DNA from: Prochlorococcus marinus subsp. pastoris str. CCMP1986
GTDB taxonomy: Bacteria; Cyanobacteriota; Cyanobacteriia; PCC-6307; Cyanobiaceae
Assembly (NCBI RefSeq): GCF_000011465.1
Contig: NC_005072.1
Span: 1,230,001 to 1,262,000 of the forward strand
DNA length: 32,000 nt
Direction of reading: 5' to 3'
The notes beneath the pieces were generated by a model. The model was not told where the DNA came from and ran no database searches. It saw nothing but the letters and a program-made list of their open reading frames with translations. The first letter of the stretch is position 1. Every line of letters begins with the position of its first letter. A program made the translations under genes and the position numbers. Shown here one piece after another: positions 26,891 to 32,000 of this stretch.

Positions 26891-28126
26891 TTAGCTATAC
26901 AATTCGCCGTTTATAAGGACTTCTCTTTTTAAATTAGTTGAGAAAATATCCGCCCAATTTCCAGCATCTAAAAGCACAAAATTCACAGGACAACCTTTTT
27001 TAACCACCCCATCCCAAGTTAAATTCAATAATCTACTTGGTGACAAAAAAATGGAAGATAAAGTCAATCTTTCCCAAGGATTTAATTGAAGCATTGGCAT
27101 TGCAAGAGACATCAAATAAAAAGGATCGTAATTACCAAATGGATACCAAGGGTCTTGAACATTATCACTCCCGATAGAAACATCTACTAATGATTTTTGT
27201 AGTTGCTTTATTGGTGCAACAGGCCTATTTAAAGATGTACTTTTTTCTTTACGATTGAGCAACCAGAAATTTGTAAGAGGAAGTGCAATCACTTTTATAT
27301 CTTTCTCAGCGATTTTGCTTCCCAGATTAAGTATTTCATTATTATTTAGAGATAGAATACTACTTAAATGACTACATGTTATTGGGACTTTAATATTTAA
27401 TCTATCAATAGTTTCCAAAAGAACTTTTATACCCGCTCCTGGCTCAATAGTTGATTCATCTATGTGTAAATCAATTTCCAATTTATATTTATCTGCAAGC
27501 AAGAGAGTTTTAGAGAGTAAGTATTTTATTTTTGCTCTATTTTTAAAGGGAGGAACAAGAACTCCGCCTAAAATACCCTTTTTCTTAGAAAAAATTTTTG
27601 CTAATTCCTCTCCATGGGGAGTATCCCAAAACTCCAATGGAGCTAATGCTACATATTGCAATTTCAACTTAGAGGAATATTTTTTTTGAATTTTAAAAAG
27701 CTCATCCCAAATATTATTATCCTGACTTTCGTAGGTATCAACATGGCTCCTGATAGCTCTATAACCATTTTTAAGAGCCAAGTTGAGTGATTTTTCAGCT
27801 CTCTCTAAAACTTTAATTTTAGACCTAGTTTTATGCTCCTCTAAATTTACTGATAAGGCCTCATGATAGTTTGATTTAAAATTAGGAAACTCTCCAAAAG
27901 TGAAAGATTTATCAAGATGTGAGTGAGTCTCAACAAATCTTGGGAAAAGGATTTTTTTTGGTTTTTTATTTTTGATATTTATCGGCTTTAGTTCAGAAAT
28001 AATTCCTTTTTCCCAAGCAACAAAAACAGAAGCGAAACCCTCATCATCCACGTTGAGGTTATCAACATTTTCTATTTCACAAAGGCATCTAGGTATAAGT
28101 ACCTCTGTTTTTCCGGAGTTGATCAA
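26891..28126 (-). CDS. Metal-dependent amidohydrolase of the cytosine-deaminase (CodA-like) subgroup
   Basis: HxH motif FVETHSHLD, DLHIDES, CSHLSS, and GSDNVQDPWYPFG (compare CodA DDVFDPWYPLG). The start is TTG, with an in-frame stop at 28130-28132 upstream. Confidence 0.8.
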   Translation of the reverse strand: MINSGKTEVLIPRCLCEIENVDNLNVDDEGFASVFVAWEKGIISELKPINIKNKKPKKILFPRFVETHSHLDKSFTFGEFPNFKSNYHEALSVNLEEHKTRSKIKVLERAEKSLNLALKNGYRAIRSHVDTYESQDNNIWDELFKIQKKYSSKLKLQYVALAPLEFWDTPHGEELAKIFSKKKGILGGVLVPPFKNRAKIKYLLSKTLLLADKYKLEIDLHIDESTIEPGAGIKVLLETIDRLNIKVPITCSHLSSILSLNNNEILNLGSKIAEKDIKVIALPLTNFWLLNRKEKSTSLNRPVAPIKQLQKSLVDVSIGSDNVQDPWYPFGNYDPFYLMSLAMPMLQLNPWERLTLSSIFLSPSRLLNLTWDGVVKKGCPVNFVLLDAGNWADIFSTNLKREVLINGELYS

Positions 28127-28260
28127 GATTTAATATGCTTTTATTTTATTTTAAAACATAGATAAAGCTTATACAGAAATAGGAAAATACTTCAAAATCT
28201 TCTAAAACATACAAATATGCATGAAATTTTACTCGTAAGTTGTTAAGTTTATATATGTGA

Positions 28261-28334
28261 GGCGGGCGTCGCCAAGTGGTTAAGGCAGTGGCTTGTGGCG
28301 CCGCTATTCGGGGGTTCGAATCCCCTCGCTCGCC
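28261..28334 (+). tRNA. tRNA-His (anticodon GTG) with genomically encoded G-1 opposite C73; CCA not encoded
   Basis: Folded by hand. G-1 at 28261; acceptor GCGGGCG/CGCTCGC; anticodon stem GTGGC/GCCGC with loop TTGTGGC; T arm GGGGG-TTCGAAT-CCCCT; discriminator C. Confidence 0.9.
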
Positions 28335-28408
28335 CTCAAAAATATTGCTCCAAAATTATTTAAATTATAATTTTGAATTAACAAAAGTCATTCAAAACTT
28401 TTTGCAAA

Positions 28409-29803
28409 GTGCTAACCAAACCAATCCAAGAAGAAGAAAAGATTTACAAAAATTCCTCTTTAGGTAGTTATTGGATAACAACTTTTGGTTGTCAAATGAA
28501 TAAGGCCGATTCCGAAAGGATGGCAGGCACACTTGAAAAAATGGGATATTCAAGAGCTATTGATGAATTAAAAGCGGATTTAGTTTTATATAACACTTGC
28601 ACAATAAGAGACAGTGCTCAGCAAAAGGTTTACAGTTTTTTAGGAAAGCAAGTCAAAAGAAAGCATAGTACTCCAAAATTAAAATTAGTTGTAGCAGGTT
28701 GCCTCGCGCAACAAGAGGGTGAATCTCTTTTAAGAAGAGTGCCCGAACTTGATCTAATAATGGGGCCACAACATGTTAATAATCTTGAGAATCTTTTAGA
28801 GAGGGTTGATTTAGGCAATCAAGTCGTAGCCACTGAAGAAACTTTTATATCTGAAGATATTACTAATCCAAGAAGAGATAGCTCTATTTGTGGTTGGGTG
28901 AATATCATTTATGGTTGCAATGAAAGATGCTCTTATTGTGTTGTCCCATCTGTTAGAGGTAAAGAACAGTCAAGATATCCAGATGCAATTAAAAGTGAAA
29001 TAGAATCTTTAGCTCATAATAATTTCAAAGAGGTAACTCTTTTAGGGCAAAATATTGATGCCTACGGTAGAGATCTTCCTGGAACTACCAAAGAGGGCAG
29101 GAAAGAAAATTCCCTTACTGATCTTCTTTATTTTATTCATGATGTAGAGGGAATTAAAAGAATAAGATTTTCTACAAGTCATCCAAAATATTTTTCAAAA
29201 AGACTTATAAACGCTTGTTATGAATTAGACAAAGTTTGTGAGCATTTTCATATTCCGTTCCAAAGTGGTAATAATGAAATCCTTAGATTAATGGCTAGAG
29301 GTTACACGATCGAAAAATATAAAAGAATAATTGAAAATATTAGACAATTAATGCCAAATGCATCAATTACTGCTGATGCAATAGTTGCTTTCCCAGGAGA
29401 AACAGAAACCCAATATCGTGAAACATTGAAGTTAATATCTGATATTGGCTTTGATCAAGTTATGACCGCCGCCTATTCTCCAAGACCAAATACCCCAGCA
29501 GCTTTTTGGGATAATCAAATTCCTGAAGAAGTTAAAAAGGAAAGATTAAAAGAAATTAATGAACTAGTTGAAACAACCTCTAGAAAAAGAAATCAAAGAT
29601 ATTTAAATAATATTGAAAGTGTTTTAATTGAGGGCTTGAATCCAAAAAATAATGCCCAAATGATGGGAAGGACAAGAACGAATAGACTTACATTTGTAGA
29701 AATATCAAAAAATATTGAATTTAATTATTCATATGGTGATGAAATAAATGTCAAAATAACCGAGGCGAGATCTTTTTCTTTAAGTGGTCAGATTTATAAG
29801 TAA
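28409..29803 (+). CDS. miaB: tRNA-i6A37 methylthiotransferase MiaB (radical SAM)
   Basis: [12 protein letters not shown], the radical-SAM cluster [11 protein letters not shown], and a C-terminal TRAM domain. The start is GTG. Confidence 0.92.
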   Translation: MLTKPIQEEEKIYKNSSLGSYWITTFGCQMNKADSERMAGTLEKMGYSRAIDELKADLVLYNTCTIRDSAQQKVYSFLGKQVKRKHSTPKLKLVVAGCLAQQEGESLLRRVPELDLIMGPQHVNNLENLLERVDLGNQVVATEETFISEDITNPRRDSSICGWVNIIYGCNERCSYCVVPSVRGKEQSRYPDAIKSEIESLAHNNFKEVTLLGQNIDAYGRDLPGTTKEGRKENSLTDLLYFIHDVEGIKRIRFSTSHPKYFSKRLINACYELDKVCEHFHIPFQSGNNEILRLMARGYTIEKYKRIIENIRQLMPNASITADAIVAFPGETETQYRETLKLISDIGFDQVMTAAYSPRPNTPAAFWDNQIPEEVKKERLKEINELVETTSRKRNQRYLNNIESVLIEGLNPKNNAQMMGRTRTNRLTFVEISKNIEFNYSYGDEINVKITEARSFSLSGQIYK

Positions 29804-29812
29804 TTTTTCTAA

Positions 29813-30880
29813 ATGTTAGAAAAAGAAAAAAAATGTATTGGAATAATTTTTGGAGGAGAGTCTAATGAACATGATGTTTCAGTATCTTCCGCCAAGACAG
29901 TTTTTAAAGCATTAATTTCAAAAACGAACATAAATAGATTTTGGGTTAAAGCTTTTTATATAAATAAGCATGGCGTTTGGCTTGATAATGATCAATCTCT
30001 TGTATTACTAAAAGAAAAAAGAAAAAATGAAACGATTGATAAGAACCAAGTTTTCCCTAAACGAGAAATTAACTTTTTAAACACAATAGAATTTCAAGGT
30101 ATTGATATATGGTTCCCACTTTTGCATGGTGTAAATGGAGAAGATGGAGCAATTCATGGTTTATTAAAATTTACCCAAAAGCCCATAGTAGGAGGAGGAA
30201 TTTTAGGTTCTGCTCTTGGCATGGATAAAATATTAATGAAAAAAATATTTTCACATCTAGAAATTCCCCAAGTAAATTATTTAGATATTCAAAATCAAGA
30301 TCTTAGTGATGATAAAGTAAAAAATAATTTATCTGTTGAGATTATTGAAAAATTAAAGTTACCAGTTTTTGTTAAACCTGCTAATTCAGGCTCATCACTT
30401 GGTATTTCGAAGGCCAAAACTAGATCAGAAATAATTAAAGCATTACAAAAGGCTTGGGAAATAGACTCCAGAATTGTTATCGAGGAAGGTTTAGATGTTA
30501 GAGAACTTGAATGCGGAATAATTGGTAATTTAAAACTTACCGCATCTGAAATCGGTGAAGTTTCTTATTCAACCGATTGGTACGATTATGATTCAAAATA
30601 TTCGATGGATAATCAAATAATTATTCCAGCTGATATTGATTCTCAAATCTCTGAACAAATTAAAGATATTGCTATTAGAAGTTGTAGAGCATTAAATATT
30701 TACGGTTTCGCAAGGGTTGATTTCTTTTTAGAAAAGATTTCAAATAAAATTTTTCTGAATGAAATAAATACAATTCCTGGTTTTACTAGTAAAAGTATGT
30801 TTCCAATGCTTTGGAATGCTTCAGGTTTAAATATTGATCAACTTGTAGCTAAACTAGTTGATATATCATCAGATTTATAG
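29813..30880 (+). CDS. ddl: D-alanine--D-alanine ligase
   Basis: GIIFGGESNEHDVSVSSA, HGVNGEDGAIHGLL, an ATP-grasp domain, and EINTIPGFT. Confidence 0.93.
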   Translation: MLEKEKKCIGIIFGGESNEHDVSVSSAKTVFKALISKTNINRFWVKAFYINKHGVWLDNDQSLVLLKEKRKNETIDKNQVFPKREINFLNTIEFQGIDIWFPLLHGVNGEDGAIHGLLKFTQKPIVGGGILGSALGMDKILMKKIFSHLEIPQVNYLDIQNQDLSDDKVKNNLSVEIIEKLKLPVFVKPANSGSSLGISKAKTRSEIIKALQKAWEIDSRIVIEEGLDVRELECGIIGNLKLTASEIGEVSYSTDWYDYDSKYSMDNQIIIPADIDSQISEQIKDIAIRSCRALNIYGFARVDFFLEKISNKIFLNEINTIPGFTSKSMFPMLWNASGLNIDQLVAKLVDISSDL

Positions 30881-30891
30881 ATTAAAGTCAA

Positions 30892-31302
30892 ATGTTGCAT
30901 GGACTACTTTGGTTACCATTACTTTTAATCTTCGTTCTATTAACAGCTCTCGGTTGGCTAGAAAGAAGAAGACAAAATCTTTTTAGGAATTGGGCAAGTG
31001 GTTCTGAAATTTGCAAATTAGATAGTTCTGGTGCAGCTTTTTTAAAGGATGGTGAATTAAAATGGAGTGCATTTGAAGCTGGAATATTTGAAGAAAAAGG
31101 TAGTTTTACAATAAAGAAACTAGAACTAGTAGAGTTAATGGCCCTTACCTCAGGAGAAGCACCTTTAACCAATGAATCACAAGGTAAGTGTAGGCTCAGG
31201 CTCGTTGGGGATGGGAAAGAGATGGATGTTCCATTTTCAGATGCAGAGAGAGCTAGAGAGTGGATGGATCAACTGATGGAAAAAGCTAGATGTGATTTGT
31301 GA
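30892..31302 (+). CDS. Hypothetical N-terminally membrane-anchored protein (136 aa) between ddl and ftsQ
   Basis: TM segment LLWLPLLLIFVLLTALGWL followed by a soluble domain. It is co-oriented with its neighbours, 11 nt after ddl, and its stop overlaps the ftsQ start (GTGA). Confidence 0.65.
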   Translation: MLHGLLWLPLLLIFVLLTALGWLERRRQNLFRNWASGSEICKLDSSGAAFLKDGELKWSAFEAGIFEEKGSFTIKKLELVELMALTSGEAPLTNESQGKCRLRLVGDGKEMDVPFSDAERAREWMDQLMEKARCDL

Positions 31303-32000
31303 AGGATAAACAAAAATTAAAGAATAAAAGGTTTTTTTTGTTAATTACCTTTTTATTTTTTACAAGTTATGCAACCTCTAAAATTTTCAAAAATGTTAAT
31401 TACCAAGATGTTTCTATAGTTGGTAGCGAATTATTTTCTATCGAGGATATAGTTGTAAACTCATCTCTAAATTTCCCTACCTCGTTGATATTTGTCAAAA
31501 GCTCATACACAGAAAGAGAATTAAAAAAGAATTTATCTCTAAAGAATGTTTCAGTTTTTAGACAAATATTCCCTTTTGGTTTAAAAATTCTAATTAAAAC
31601 AAGAACTCCAATAGCTTATGGCGAACGGCTTTTTAAAGGGGAAAAAATAACTGGTTTTATTGATGAAGATGGTTTCTTCATCAGTCTAAAATATTCAGAT
31701 CAAGAAAATTTGAATAAAATAACTAGTAAAGTTTTTGGATGGAAAGAAAACTTTAGAGAGACACTATCAAAAATTTTGAATTACCAAAAATATAACGATG
31801 TTGAATTCATTACAATAACTTTCTCCCCTAATGGCTTTTTAACTTTAGAGGAAAAAAGTCTTAAAACAATATTGTTAGGATTTAATCCAAAAAGAATAGA
31901 AAATCAATTACAAATAGTAAATAATATGAAAAACCAAATAAGAGAAAATAATATCTTAGAAAAAATAGATAATATCGACCTAATTGACCCCAACAATCCA
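31299..32000 (+). CDS. ftsQ: Cell division protein FtsQ (POTRA-containing); runs to the window edge
   Basis: The frame is open from GTG 31299 to position 32000 (234 codons). Basic N-terminus, TM segment FFLLITFLFFTSYA, a POTRA-like segment VSIVGSELFSIEDIV...LKILIKTRTPIAYG, and an end reading IDLIDPNNP. It is absent from the ORF track because no stop codon lies in the window. Confidence 0.75.
   Translation, partial: MKDKQKLKNKRFFLLITFLFFTSYATSKIFKNVNYQDVSIVGSELFSIEDIVVNSSLNFPTSLIFVKSSYTERELKKNLSLKNVSVFRQIFPFGLKILIKTRTPIAYGERLFKGEKITGFIDEDGFFISLKYSDQENLNKITSKVFGWKENFRETLSKILNYQKYNDVEFITITFSPNGFLTLEEKSLKTILLGFNPKRIENQLQIVNNMKNQIRENNILEKIDNIDLIDPNNP

Noticed and set aside
28228-28255. A possible sigma-70-type promoter for tRNA-His: TTTACT, a 16-nt spacer, then TATATA, ending 5 nt before the tRNA.
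   Set aside because: Only 4 of 6 positions match each consensus hexamer, and such matches are abundant in AT-rich DNA. This is not strong enough to list as a feature without transcription start-site data.
22993-28334. The segment between tRNA-Leu and tRNA-His as a possible tRNA-flanked genomic island.
   Set aside because: It contains argD and folC, which are core metabolism. There is no integrase, no duplicated tRNA 3' fragment (att-like repeat) and no compositional break visible by eye.
28276-28467. A 63-aa ORF (MVKAVACGAAIRGFESPRSP...).
   Set aside because: It lies over tRNA-His and the spacer before miaB. It is an artefact of the G+C-rich tRNA sequence.
30888-31172. A 94-aa minus-strand ORF opposite the 136-aa gene.
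   Set aside because: It is Ser-rich and low in complexity, and runs against the ddl-x-ftsQ operon direction. The plus-strand ORF has a clean TM helix and start/stop coupling with its neighbours.

Overview
This is a strongly AT-rich, very gene-dense chromosomal segment. Its gene content includes a Ni-superoxide-dismutase module (sodN-sodX plus a Ni-permease-like gene), the Ftn2/ZipN/ARC6 division protein, a group-2 sigma factor and ddl-x-ftsQ. Together with the style of the proteins, this points to a marine picocyanobacterium, most likely a high-light-type Prochlorococcus; that is inference, as no search was run.

I call 32 protein-coding genes. One runs off the left edge, one runs off the right edge, and two are mini-ORFs below the ORF-track cutoff. 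I also call two tRNAs (Leu-CAA, His-GUG), one clear bidirectional intrinsic terminator and one in-gene 18-bp tandem repeat.

Nearly everything is core housekeeping: translation and tRNA modification, cell wall and division, PDH subunits, and amino-acid, folate and isoprenoid synthesis. I see no transposase, integrase, CRISPR array, toxin-antitoxin pair or defence-type gene, and no obvious acquired island. I therefore do not claim a novel system.

The points worth a second look are gene-structure oddities:
- TrmD and IspF are encoded as one uninterrupted reading frame.
- Two genes (sodX and a SpoU/TrmH methyltransferase) have conserved, functionally required N-terminal residues upstream of any ATG/GTG/TTG.
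- Two translationally coupled single-TM mini-ORFs lie in the largest 'intergenic' gap.
- tRNA-Leu ends 5 nt before the argD start codon.
- A near-perfect 7 x 18-bp repeat encodes the Ffh tail.
- Convergent genes are packed extremely tightly, or overlap, without terminators.

About a third of the genes appear to start at TTG or GTG.
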